The translations under genes and the position numbers were made by a program. The notes below the pieces were generated by a model. The model made no database searches. It was given only the letters and a program-made list of their open reading frames with translations, and had not been told where the DNA came from. A stretch of DNA of 64,000 bases from Candidatus Thorarchaeota archaeon (lineage in GTDB: Archaea > Asgardarchaeota > Thorarchaeia > Thorarchaeales > Thorarchaeaceae), in contig JAGSHN010000025.1 in assembly GCA_029855935.1 (NCBI GenBank), forward strand, positions 128,001-192,000, read 5' to 3'. Positions 20,475-31,976 of the stretch are shown here, in pieces. Each line of letters opens with the position of its first letter. The stretch's first letter is position 1.

Positions 20475-20662
20475 GAGAGACCAGCTCGACCTCTCCGTCC
20501 CGGGAGCGGACGCGCTACCCTATGCGAACTGCGTTACCTCTGCCCCAATGTTTTTAAGCACTTCAGAGGCGAGAAGTGCATGTACAGTTTTGTTGTAGAC
20601 GACTGGAACTATGCCAATGTGAGAAGGCAGGTTCCAGAACAAGACTCAGATGGTGATAGAAA

Positions 20663-22321
<1,659 letters not shown>

Positions 22322-22361
22322 TAGGCCTAGTGCCCGAAACGCACAGTCGCACAGAATAGAG

Positions 22362-22393
22362 GGAGCCAATCGGCTCCTCCTAGTTCCTTTTTT
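22362..22393 (+). terminator. Putative terminator after the thermosome gene
   Basis: GGAGCC-AATC-GGCTCC hairpin followed by a pyrimidine/T tract. Confidence 0.45.
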
Positions 22394-22410
22394 CCACGAG
22401 GCTGAGTACG

Positions 22411-23328
22411 TTGAGTCACAGAGTCCTAGTCTTAGGGATGAGCCCGTTCGACTCAGGCAAGACGGAGATGTCAATCCGCCTGGCCAAGTTCCTTCAACAG
22501 GAGGGCCATACGGTAGAGTATTTCAAGCCGGCCAGCGGTAGCAATTACTGGTACAAGTACGACCACATCAGGCACTGTGTCCGAACGGGTCACCTGATCT
22601 CCGTCGACGCCACACGTGCACGGAAGCAGCTGGGTTCGCATGTCTCACCGCTGATGACGAATCCTGTGCACTCGCTCTTTGTGCCGAGCAGACTGACGAG
22701 ACCGATAAGACCATATCCCAATACCTTGGGACTTGCTGGTTGGGACTCGTTCCTCGTGCTTCAGCGGTTCAGCAGACCCGCGGGAGGCGTCGTCCAGTCT
22801 ACAATGCTGGTCGCCGACGCGCTGATTGACAACTCGACTGTAATCATCCCCAGAGAAGAAGTGGATGCTCTTACGCAGTTTGCGAGAACGATATCCGTCA
22901 ACTCTCTGGAGGAGGCGCAGGCGTACGAGAGAGACCTCTACGAAGACTCTGTCACCGCATCGTTTGCAGTCGTTGAGAAACACGCCGACGTGGTCGTGAT
23001 CGAGTCGTTCAACAACTCGGCCTGGCCGTGGGACGGTCTTGATCAGGTGGATGTCGTGCTTGTCGTTGGACCGGGACAGGCCTTCACCTACGACCCGTGG
23101 AAGTTCCGGCGTGCTGTCGAGTTCACCAGACGTGGAAAGGAACCTATAGGGCAGGTCACCGTAGGTCGGGTTGTCGACCTTGTGAGTCCGCTGAGGAGGC
23201 TTGAGCTGAGGCCCGGCATCGGCCTTGGGGAGGAGGAGATTGGCATCCTAGTAGAGTGCATTGAGGAAAGAGTGATTAGCAAGAAATACGCAGAAATTGA
23301 GAGCAAGGCAGGGAGGATGACAACTTGA
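22411..23328 (+). CDS. Archaeal P-loop NTPase of the dethiobiotin-synthetase/CobQ-like fold
   Basis: VLVLGMSPFDSGKT, YFKPASG, NPVH, VVIESFNN. Confidence 0.7.
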   Translation: MSHRVLVLGMSPFDSGKTEMSIRLAKFLQQEGHTVEYFKPASGSNYWYKYDHIRHCVRTGHLISVDATRARKQLGSHVSPLMTNPVHSLFVPSRLTRPIRPYPNTLGLAGWDSFLVLQRFSRPAGGVVQSTMLVADALIDNSTVIIPREEVDALTQFARTISVNSLEEAQAYERDLYEDSVTASFAVVEKHADVVVIESFNNSAWPWDGLDQVDVVLVVGPGQAFTYDPWKFRRAVEFTRRGKEPIGQVTVGRVVDLVSPLRRLELRPGIGLGEEEIGILVECIEERVISKKYAEIESKAGRMTT

Positions 23329-24260
23329 GCAACGACGAAGAATGGGACCTGATTATCATCGGTGGCGGGCCCGGAGGAATGACAGCCGCAATCTACGGCG
23401 CGAGATACGGACTCAGGACACTGCTCCTGGAGGGAGGAGTCCTCGGAGGAGCACAGGCAACAAGTCCGGCAATTGAGAACTATCCGGGCTTTGTGTTCAT
23501 CACGGGAATGGAACTCGCTGAGAAGATGAAGCAACACGTCAAGAAGGCGGGAGCCACTATCAAGGAGATCACAGAGGTCAGCAGTGTCGAGAGAGACGAC
23601 AATACGGGTAAGTTCATTGTGACCACGAGGCGTGGTGACTACGTGGCAAGAACCATCGTGTTCGCCACAGGCGGTGGTCACCGGAAGCTGGGTGTCCCTG
23701 GAGAGGAAGAGTTCACAGGCAGAGGCGTATCATACTGCGCCACCTGCGACGGGCCGCTGTTCAGAGGAAAGACCGTCGCCATTGTGGGCGGCGGTAACAG
23801 CGCCGTGACAGAGGCGCTATACCTGGCAGAGGTCACAGGCAAGACATATCTCATTCACCGCAGGGACGAGCTGCGTGCCGAGAAAGCACTGCAGAATCAG
23901 ATTCTCAACAGCAGTGTGGAGATACTCTGGAGCACAATCCTCAAGGAGATACGTGGCGACCAGCTTGTCACAGAACTCGTTCTCGAGAATGTGAAGACTG
24001 GCGAGCAGATGACTCTGAAGGTGGACGCCGTGTTCATCTCCATAGGCGTCGAGCCCAAGAGTGAGCTGGCAAAGGAGCTCGGTGTGGAGACAAACGAATA
24101 CGGAGAGATACTCGTCGACAAGCAGCAGAGGACCAACATCCCAGGCGTCTTTGCAGCCGGAGACGTGACAGACGCTATGAAGCAGATTGTTGTCGCGGCT
24201 GCGGGCGGAGCGGTGGCAGCGGATTCCGCACACAAGTACATCATGCAGATGGAATCATAG
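23325..24260 (+). CDS. trxB: Thioredoxin-disulfide reductase
   Basis: GGGPGG, ENYPG, GVSYCATCDG, GGGNSA, HRRD, FAAGD. Confidence 0.95.
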   Translation: MSNDEEWDLIIIGGGPGGMTAAIYGARYGLRTLLLEGGVLGGAQATSPAIENYPGFVFITGMELAEKMKQHVKKAGATIKEITEVSSVERDDNTGKFIVTTRRGDYVARTIVFATGGGHRKLGVPGEEEFTGRGVSYCATCDGPLFRGKTVAIVGGGNSAVTEALYLAEVTGKTYLIHRRDELRAEKALQNQILNSSVEILWSTILKEIRGDQLVTELVLENVKTGEQMTLKVDAVFISIGVEPKSELAKELGVETNEYGEILVDKQQRTNIPGVFAAGDVTDAMKQIVVAAAGGAVAADSAHKYIMQMES

Positions 24261-24425
24261 GCCTGACAATTGCAGGAGGGGGTGGAGCTGACCCTCATGC
24301 CCCCTCCCACCTGTTGTCTTGATGATGTTCGACACAGCACCCACGGTCTCTACTTCTTGGGAAACGTTAATAACTGCCCCATTGTCCGAGGCTGAATGCG
24401 CTGAGCATACTTCCTCAGCGACAGC

Positions 24426-25664
24426 TTGGATGAGATGTCCTCCATGACAAGAATGAAGGCTGCAGGACTACTACTTGCGATGATGTTCGTGTCCATGGCG
24501 CTTCTCACACCGCCTGTCTCAGCGAACCCCGCCACTCGGCTGGAGTCTGTACACTCGTACCTCAACGACCATTACGACACCACCGAGGGAGGATACTCGC
24601 TGAAGGCCGAGAAACTCTCCCGTGCAGAGCCGACGTTCTCAGCACTGTTTGCGCTCAACGAGTTCGGTGACATTGCGACGCGACCCCCATCGATCAACCT
24701 CACGAAGACAAAGGAGTTCATCAATCACCTGCAGTGGACGAGAATCAAGGAGAAGGAGGACAAGTACGGAGGGTTCTCAAGTGCAATCGCAGTCACGCCC
24801 TCTGTGATGTCAACATACTATGCTCTGAGGGCTTGGCAGATACTGAGCCTGCACAACGACTACATCGGAATGACAGAAGTCGAGATCAACGAGACAGCTG
24901 CGTTGGTCTACCTGAATCGCACCTTCACGGACGAGGGATCCTTTGCCTCGAACGTCGGCGAACAGGGCAGCCTCTTGACAACCTATATGGCAGTGTATTC
25001 TATTGACTACCTCGCCAGGCTGATTGAGGAGGAGGATGGCACTCCCTATCAGAAGACGATGGACAAGTGGCTCAACGAGTCCGCCGTTGTCGACTATGTC
25101 CTCAGTTGTCAGAGCGGGGACGCCTTCAAGCCGACGCCTGATGCAAGTGTCCCAGGGGTCACGCCCACTGCGGCCGCACTGCTGACTCTCGACATCCTCG
25201 ACAGACTGAATGCCGTAGGAGATCTCCAGGGCGTTCGTGACTGGCTGCTCGCACGACAGGTGGTCACCCCCACTGCAGGCGAGTACGTCGGCGGGTTCAC
25301 TGAGGGATATCTCACTAACGACACCAACCTGATGAGCACGTACTACGCACTCAAGGCACTTGATGTCCTGAATGCCATTACCAACTACGTGAACGTGAGC
25401 CTCGTCGAGGACTTCGTCATCAGTTGCCAGGCTGCAGACGGCGCGTGGGCACTGAGTCCAGACAGTCCCGAGGGCGAGACCACATACATCGGGATTGCAA
25501 TTGAGGCACTGACACTGCTTCCTGACGTCAACGTGGTGACAGCGCTGAGCGTGGAGGATCCGAATAACCGCTCGCCGCCAGCGATAGACTGGCGTTGGAT
25601 TGCTGTAGCGGTCCCGCTGGTGCTGGCACTCGTAGCCGGGCTTGTTGCCCTGAGGCTTGACTAG
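24426..25664 (+). CDS. Membrane-anchored secreted protein with prenyltransferase/squalene-cyclase-type alpha/alpha repeats
   Basis: Signal peptide; repeats of YGGF...STYYALRA and CQAADGAW; C-terminal TM helix. True start may be 24444 or 24453. Confidence 0.7.
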   Translation: MDEMSSMTRMKAAGLLLAMMFVSMALLTPPVSANPATRLESVHSYLNDHYDTTEGGYSLKAEKLSRAEPTFSALFALNEFGDIATRPPSINLTKTKEFINHLQWTRIKEKEDKYGGFSSAIAVTPSVMSTYYALRAWQILSLHNDYIGMTEVEINETAALVYLNRTFTDEGSFASNVGEQGSLLTTYMAVYSIDYLARLIEEEDGTPYQKTMDKWLNESAVVDYVLSCQSGDAFKPTPDASVPGVTPTAAALLTLDILDRLNAVGDLQGVRDWLLARQVVTPTAGEYVGGFTEGYLTNDTNLMSTYYALKALDVLNAITNYVNVSLVEDFVISCQAADGAWALSPDSPEGETTYIGIAIEALTLLPDVNVVTALSVEDPNNRSPPAIDWRWIAVAVPLVLALVAGLVALRLD

Positions 25665-25755
25665 CCAAGATTCTTAAGAATCCCTGCAGGGACGTACACA
25701 TGAGCGGCCCAGCCAGTGCAGTGAGAGGCGGCCGCTTCACGAGGTGCCTCCGCCA

Positions 25756-27234
25756 ATGAGCAGGGTCGAGCTGAACGGGTCAAGATACGTCCGGGGGTTC
25801 GAGTGGTTCCTCCACCTAGCAGAACACCATCTGACAAGACGTAGATGGAGAAGGCTCGGATTCCTCTCGTTCTACGATGCGCCCTACATAGATAGCGATG
25901 CACTCTATCTTTCGCCGAAGCAGACAATGCTTGTGATGGCCAAGCTGGCCAAGAAAAGTGACAACGCCCTGATCATAGTGGCGGACGCACTTGAGAAGGG
26001 CGAGATGGGTCTGAGCAGCAGAGAGGGCTTCGACCAGTTTATGTCGATCTTTGACCGTGTCTTCCCGAATGCTGCAAAGTACTATTTCGGACCGAAGACA
26101 TCGGACCGCGCCTGGCTTCACGAGGCGCGACCATTGAAGATTCCGCTGAAATGGCTCGTGGAGCATCCGAACGTATTGGCTGAGGTCCTCTCTGACGCGT
26201 CACCCGTTGGTGAGATTATCGGACCGGGCGATGCTGCCTTCGAGGACCTGGAGGGGATGAGAGAGGTTCTCATCGAGAAGCTCGGACCGCCCTCGCTCAC
26301 AGAAGAGGTACTGGGCAAGATCAGAACCGCTGAGGCGAGCGAGTACGCGGGAGAGGCTGTGGGACTGATGACCGTATTCATCAGCCCCGCCACCGCTGTA
26401 TCCCGCGGGATGAAGTACCTCGGCAAGTTCGTCAGCATGGTCAAGGAGCGACGACGGCAAGAGGTCAGAGAGATCTACGAGGAGTGGCAGCAACGAGTCG
26501 AGAACGGATACTCTGTCGACAACCTCCGCAGATTCCTCGATGAGGACCCCAACGCGAGACTTGATGTCGTCGACCATGTCAAGAATCGCGGGACCGTGCT
26601 CATTATCACAGAGACTCGAGACACTCTCTACGACCTCTTCCTGCCGCTACTTCTGAGACGTCTTGTAGAGGAGATCGGCTATGTGCCTCCGCACCTGCGA
26701 CCAAGACGCGAACCGTCATCAGAGGGGGCAGGGGATAGCGAGAGCGGAGCGACTGGCCAGACCTCAGAGGACGATGGCGGGGGTATGCAGAAGGAACCGT
26801 TTGAGGGAAAGCCCGAAACTGTGCTCTTCCTCGATGCGGCGACTCATCTCTCCAAGTTCACGAGGTCGTTCGAGTTCGCCGTCGGAATCCCCGACAGAAT
26901 GCCCAATGTGTCCGTTGCAGCATCGTTCTTCACAAATCAGCAGCAGGTGACGGAGTCACTAGAGAAAGGAGTCATCGAGTATATGAGAAACTGGGCATTC
27001 GTGTTCGACCTACATCCCCAACTCTTTGACATAGTCACGAGCAATCTGCCAATCTCGAAGAAGGCGTGGCTGATGCTGCAGCTTCAAGAGCTTGAGCGTG
27101 TCAGGTCGGAGGGCGGTGTCGGTTTCCTTGAGTACTACGCTGACTCAGAGATGCCGTGGCACCTGCACGTGGTGGAGAAGCCGGAGAAGGGCCTCCTTGG
27201 TGATGTCAGGGCATGGTTCCGCAAGATCCGCTGA
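25756..27234 (+). CDS. Hypothetical protein, possibly a degenerate HerA/FtsK-like P-loop protein
   Basis: GAGGTG RBS before the ATG. LIIVAD...GE, PLKIPLKWL and VLFLDAATHL resemble HerA elements; no Walker A. Confidence 0.5.
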   Translation: MSRVELNGSRYVRGFEWFLHLAEHHLTRRRWRRLGFLSFYDAPYIDSDALYLSPKQTMLVMAKLAKKSDNALIIVADALEKGEMGLSSREGFDQFMSIFDRVFPNAAKYYFGPKTSDRAWLHEARPLKIPLKWLVEHPNVLAEVLSDASPVGEIIGPGDAAFEDLEGMREVLIEKLGPPSLTEEVLGKIRTAEASEYAGEAVGLMTVFISPATAVSRGMKYLGKFVSMVKERRRQEVREIYEEWQQRVENGYSVDNLRRFLDEDPNARLDVVDHVKNRGTVLIITETRDTLYDLFLPLLLRRLVEEIGYVPPHLRPRREPSSEGAGDSESGATGQTSEDDGGGMQKEPFEGKPETVLFLDAATHLSKFTRSFEFAVGIPDRMPNVSVAASFFTNQQQVTESLEKGVIEYMRNWAFVFDLHPQLFDIVTSNLPISKKAWLMLQLQELERVRSEGGVGFLEYYADSEMPWHLHVVEKPEKGLLGDVRAWFRKIR

Positions 27235-27426
27235 GGGCGCAACAAGACCACTTCCAGTCTGTCAGCGATTCGCCCTCTCTGCCACTCTGAGAACCGACAC
27301 TGGGGAGAACATAGGAGGCACCTGCAGGGGCAATCTTGCCTTGCGCGTGGGGAGTAGTAGTTTCTGGCAGAACTGGCGCTGCAGGCTCCATCCCACAAGA
27401 AATATAATCGGGGCCTGACAAAAAGC

Positions 27427-27870
27427 GTGATTGTCAATCTGGAGGCAAGAGAAGTGTCGAACACTGACCTGACACAGGCGCGCGTGATGAGAGTCGAGGC
27501 GGGGAATGTAGTAACGCTGCCGCCAGAGTTTGTGGAGGGTATAAAGAAGGAGTATAGTCTTGTCATCCTAGTGAAGAAGGACGGCAACGTCAAGATCTAC
27601 CCTGTCGAGGGGAAGGAGGTTCTCTATCTGAAGCTTGACATAGAAAAGCTCAGCAAGAGCTTTCTTGAAGAGCTGACAGGGGTGTTCGCCGACGCCGGCC
27701 TAGAGGACATACTCTTCACAAGCGGCATCTGTCAGACCAAGAGCCAGTGCTACTATGAGTGCTATTTCACGCCCCAGCAGCTCACAGTGGACAGGGAGAA
27801 CCTGAGGGACCAGCTGGAGAAGATATCAGGGGTACAGAAGGTCGTTCTGGAGCCGGTACCGACATCGTGA
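27427..27870 (+). CDS. Probable AbrB/SpoVT-like + ACT-domain regulator
   Basis: N-terminal RVEAGNVVTLPPEF (AbrB-like); C-terminal ILFTSGIC...LEKISGVQKV (ACT-like). Confidence 0.55.
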   Translation: MIVNLEAREVSNTDLTQARVMRVEAGNVVTLPPEFVEGIKKEYSLVILVKKDGNVKIYPVEGKEVLYLKLDIEKLSKSFLEELTGVFADAGLEDILFTSGICQTKSQCYYECYFTPQQLTVDRENLRDQLEKISGVQKVVLEPVPTS

Positions 27871-28057
27871 CACAACGGACGAGTGCGATCAGGCCTGTGA
27901 TAGCAGACAGGCTCTGTTGTCCAATCTTCTCCCTTGCATTCCTTGTGGAACCATCCGGAGGCCGAGGCCCCCGGCGTTGGCGCCGAGGGAACTGAGAGGA
28001 AAACATGACCGACAAGACCAAGAGGACCCTATCTTCACACATCACTTGTGAACCGTC

Positions 28058-29512
28058 GTGACAGGTATGAGCATCGTCGTTGGTCGCGGTGATGAGGCTG
28101 TCGTAGAGGATACTGCCAGATACGTGGCCCGGAGGCTCACCCGACGCGGCACACCAGAGATCTCGTTCTACACGAGGGAGGGGCTACAGGTGGCTGTCGT
28201 CATTCACCGACACGAACGCCGTGGCTATCTCTCGCCGCTACTCGGCCCATGGGTCTTCGACGACAGCGACGACCGCCTCTCGGTCACGATGCGCTGGCCT
28301 CTGCCTGATGAGGATGCAACAAGGACCAACCTGTGTCACCAGATTGAGAATGGTCGACTCACGAGCGCTCGTGGGAACCTGTTCATGTGGCGCGTCCACT
28401 ATGGTCTGACCAGTGACGTTGTCGTCGTGACCCACGACCCCTTTGCACTGGAGAACGTAACCGACGACGTGCACCGGCTTGAACCGGGGGAACGACTCGT
28501 ACTCGATGACGGAATAATCGGTGTACAGGAAGTACAGCCGCTCCAGAAACCAGCCCATCCGAGATTCGACTCCGAGCAGAATGCTGTGGCGCTCCTCGCC
28601 GCAGTGCTCCCGAGATGCCTCTCGCCGTTCTACGGAGTCGACGTGGGTGTCCTCTTCTCTGGCGGCGTTGACAGTAGCCTGATTGCACTGCTCCGTTCCC
28701 ACTCGAACGCCCGCACAATCCTCTTCGCTGTCATCGGTCCCGATTCGCGAGATGTGGATGCGTCGCAGCGCGCAGCTGAGAAACTCAATCTCAATCTTGT
28801 CACGGTCCCAATCGATCATCACATCGTCTGGGAGATGTTGCCGGAGCTGATCTACGCAACAGGCACCACCAGCCAGATGGACATCGCGATATCGATTCCA
28901 ATGTACGCAGCTGCAAGAGAGGCCGTGAAACGCGGATTTGTCACGCTGCTGTCAGGACAGGGGCCGGATGAGCTGTTTGGAGGCTATGCCCATCACGTCA
29001 AGATTCTCAGGGAGAGAGGGCCCGAGGCACTCGACGAGACGCTCTGGTCGCAGGTCTCCACGACCCACAGAAACAACCTTGAGAGAGACGAAGCTGTCGT
29101 CGCGTGGGCTGGGGGCGAGTTGTGGTTTCCCTACGTCGCCCCAGAAGTCGTCGACCTCGCACTCTCAATCCCACCCTTGTGGAAAGTGGACCCGGGCGGC
29201 AAGCCCGAGAGGAAGGTCATCTTCCGCAGAGCGGCTGTGGCACTAGGCCTAGATAGAGAGATTGCAGAGGCGCCCAAGAGTGCCGCACAGTTCAGCTCGG
29301 GATCGGACAGGCTGCTCATTGAGGCCGTACGGCATCACTGCAGGAGTGGAGAGAATCTTAGTCTACGCCGGGCCCGAAGACATGTACAGGACGTGCTCGA
29401 CGACATAGCCAGATACTTGCACAGCGGTGGCGTGGAGGGCGGGGAACCGGGGTTTGATACATCTGCCGCCGACAGACTACTTGCAGAACTGGACAGAATG
29501 CGCGGAGCGTAG
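28058..29512 (+). CDS. Asparagine synthetase B-related protein (degenerate glutaminase domain)
   Basis: PP-loop LFSGGVDSS, SGQGPDELFGGY, RKVIFRRAA, KSAAQFSSG; the N-terminus lacks the catalytic Cys. Confidence 0.8.
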   Translation: MTGMSIVVGRGDEAVVEDTARYVARRLTRRGTPEISFYTREGLQVAVVIHRHERRGYLSPLLGPWVFDDSDDRLSVTMRWPLPDEDATRTNLCHQIENGRLTSARGNLFMWRVHYGLTSDVVVVTHDPFALENVTDDVHRLEPGERLVLDDGIIGVQEVQPLQKPAHPRFDSEQNAVALLAAVLPRCLSPFYGVDVGVLFSGGVDSSLIALLRSHSNARTILFAVIGPDSRDVDASQRAAEKLNLNLVTVPIDHHIVWEMLPELIYATGTTSQMDIAISIPMYAAAREAVKRGFVTLLSGQGPDELFGGYAHHVKILRERGPEALDETLWSQVSTTHRNNLERDEAVVAWAGGELWFPYVAPEVVDLALSIPPLWKVDPGGKPERKVIFRRAAVALGLDREIAEAPKSAAQFSSGSDRLLIEAVRHHCRSGENLSLRRARRHVQDVLDDIARYLHSGGVEGGEPGFDTSAADRLLAELDRMRGA

Positions 29513-29751
29513 ACTTGCTAGACAGTTGCCGAATTGCGCTTCAACTCTACGCGGTGGACATGTAGCTAGAGATAAGTAGGATGGTAGTGCCTTGGAACTC
29601 GTCATTGAACGATGTTGGCCCACCCCTTTCGGTGAGAGCCGTTTGGGCCCCAGAGTCGGACGAAAACCTTTATGAACGCCTCCGGGGCCACAGGTGAGCC
29701 AAATGTCGTAAGACAGTTCGGCGTTTAACGAACACAAGGGGTTGAAATCTG

Positions 29752-30795
29752 ATGGTTGGAATCATCGGCTACGGAGTGTACATACCAAGATACCGCATCA
29801 AGACCGAGGACATCGCAGCGGTCTGGGGCGAGGATGGTCCAAAACTCGCCAAGGGTCTTGGTGTGTATGAGAAGTCAGTGCCGGGTCCCGATGAGGACGT
29901 CGCCACAATTGCGACCGAGGCGGCACGAAACGCTGTGAAATACGCACGGATCGACCCAAAGGACATCGGCGCGATATATGTCGGTTCCGAGTCCCATCCA
30001 TACGCCGTGAAGCCCACAGGAACGATAGTCCTTGAGGCTATCGATGGGAGCCACGAGAGCACATGTGCGGACTACGAGTTCGCCTGCAAGGCAGGCACGG
30101 CCGCGATACAGACGTGTATGGGCCTTGTCCAGTCCAAGATGATAAAGTATGGACTGGCAATTGGCGCTGACACCGCGCAGGGCAGACCTGGTGATGCACT
30201 GGAGTACTCGGCTGCAGCCGGAGGGGCGGCCTACATCATTGGAGAGGACAACCCCGTCGCAACCATTGAGACCACCGTGTCCTTTACCACGGACACGCCC
30301 GACTTCTGGCGCAGGGAGGGAGAGGACTTCCCATCGCACGGTGCACGCTTCACTGGAGAACCAGCCTACTTTAGGCACATCGGCTCTGCAGCACGACTGC
30401 TGCTGGAGAAGACGAACACGACCATTGAGGACTACGACTATTTTGTCTTTCACATGCCAAACGGCAAGTTCCCGGTCAATATGGGACGGCAGCTCGGCGT
30501 ACCGAAGGAGAAGTTGCAGGAAAGTCTTGTTGTGAGAAAGATTGGAAATACCTACTCCGGGTCGGCAATGATTGGGCTGGCCCGAATCCTTGACATCGCG
30601 GAGCCCGGCTCCAAGATATTCGCGGTGTCGTACGGCTCGGGCGCTGGTAGCGATGCCTTTGTGATTCGTGTTGAGAAGGAGATAGAGAAACACCGCGGAG
30701 AGGTGCCGACAGTGGACGACTACATCGAGAGGAAAAAGTACGTCGACTACGCCACCTACGCCAAGTACAGGCGTAAGATCAAGGCGCTTGCTTAG
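29752..30795 (+). CDS. mvaS: Archaeal hydroxymethylglutaryl-CoA synthase
   Basis: [42 protein letters not shown]. Confidence 0.95.
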   Translation: MVGIIGYGVYIPRYRIKTEDIAAVWGEDGPKLAKGLGVYEKSVPGPDEDVATIATEAARNAVKYARIDPKDIGAIYVGSESHPYAVKPTGTIVLEAIDGSHESTCADYEFACKAGTAAIQTCMGLVQSKMIKYGLAIGADTAQGRPGDALEYSAAAGGAAYIIGEDNPVATIETTVSFTTDTPDFWRREGEDFPSHGARFTGEPAYFRHIGSAARLLLEKTNTTIEDYDYFVFHMPNGKFPVNMGRQLGVPKEKLQESLVVRKIGNTYSGSAMIGLARILDIAEPGSKIFAVSYGSGAGSDAFVIRVEKEIEKHRGEVPTVDDYIERKKYVDYATYAKYRRKIKALA

Positions 30796-30810
30796 GGAGG
30801 GAAGAGACGA

Positions 30811-31971
30811 ATGGAGAGAGATGTTGCAATCATTGGCGTTGGAATGAGCAAGTTCGGAGAGCTCTGGGAGAAGAGCCTGAGAGACATCACACTCGAGGCA
30901 GGGATGTACGCCATATTCGACTCTGGCGTCAGCGGCAAGGACATAGATGGTATAGTGATTGGAAACATGAGCGCTGGCAGATTCACCGGACAGGAGCATC
31001 TCGGTGCAATGGCCGCGGATATGGGCGGTCTTGCTGGAGTACCTGCGTACAGCGTTGAGGCGGCCTGTGCCAGTGGCGGTGCTGCAGTGAGACAAGCGTA
31101 TATGGCAATCAAGTCTGGCGAACACGACCTGATGCTCGTTCTGGGCTGCGAGAAGATGAGTGATGTGACTCAGGGCGAGGCCATAAACACGGTATCTGTG
31201 GCCACGGACTGGGAGTGGGAGGGCATGTTCGGTGCGACGTTCCCCGCACTCTATGCATTTATGGCCCGCAGACACATGCACCAGTACGGCACAACAGAGG
31301 AGCAGATGAGCTTGGTGACAGTGAAGAATCACAAGAATGCCCAGTGGAACCCGTGGGCACAGTTTCAGAGGCCTGTACCACTGGAGATTGTGATGAAGTC
31401 GGGTCTCATAGCCGACCCCATAAGAGTACTCCACTCCTCTCCGGTGACGGACGGCGCCGCTGGACTTGTGATGTGCTCAGCAGACCTTGCCAAGAAGTTC
31501 ACGGACACGCCCATCTACATTCTGTCATCCGAGCAGGCGAGTGACACGCTCTCCCTCCACGACAGGAGGGATATAACGACGATGGACGCCGTAGTCAGGT
31601 CGACCAAGTCGGCCCTGAAGGAGTCCGGCCTTGAGATAAAGGACATCGATGTGTTCGAGCTTCACGACAGCTTCACGATTGGTGAGATCATCCTCACGGA
31701 GGACATCGGCCTCACCGAGAAGGGCAAGGGTGGGAAGCTCGTCGAAGAGGGTGTCACTGAGATAGACGGGAAGTATCCTGTCAACCCGTCCGGAGGGCTG
31801 AAGGCCAGAGGCCATCCCATTGGCGCCACGGGAGTGGCACAGATAGTGGAACTTGCCCTGCAGCTGCGGGGCGATGCTGAGAAGCGACAGGTGGATGGTG
31901 CGGAGAAGGGCCTCGCCGTGAACATCGGGGGCACTGGCGGGACCTCGATTGTCCACATTCTAGGGAGGTGA
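30811..31971 (+). CDS. Acetoacetyl-CoA thiolase (archaeal, SCP-x type)
   Basis: EAACASG, ELHDSF, NPSGGLKARGHPIGATG, NIGG. Confidence 0.93.
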   Translation: MERDVAIIGVGMSKFGELWEKSLRDITLEAGMYAIFDSGVSGKDIDGIVIGNMSAGRFTGQEHLGAMAADMGGLAGVPAYSVEAACASGGAAVRQAYMAIKSGEHDLMLVLGCEKMSDVTQGEAINTVSVATDWEWEGMFGATFPALYAFMARRHMHQYGTTEEQMSLVTVKNHKNAQWNPWAQFQRPVPLEIVMKSGLIADPIRVLHSSPVTDGAAGLVMCSADLAKKFTDTPIYILSSEQASDTLSLHDRRDITTMDAVVRSTKSALKESGLEIKDIDVFELHDSFTIGEIILTEDIGLTEKGKGGKLVEEGVTEIDGKYPVNPSGGLKARGHPIGATGVAQIVELALQLRGDAEKRQVDGAEKGLAVNIGGTGGTSIVHILGR

Positions 31972-31976
31972 CATGA

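Noticed and set aside
20475-20520. Possible SECIS hairpin after the GRE gene
   Set aside because: Only a short CGTCC/GGACG stem with no recognisable SECIS motif, and the TGA is not at a Cys-equivalent position.
28005-28061. 18-codon ORF with a purine-rich upstream stretch, overlapping the asnB-like start (GTGA)
   Set aside because: Too short to support, with no telling composition; could be chance.
29875-31434. 519-aa antisense ORF (also 1679-2527, 37392-38261, 44643-45566, 49844-50671 and similar)
   Set aside because: These shadow well-supported genes on the opposite strand, are expected in GC-rich coding DNA, and carry no recognisable motifs.
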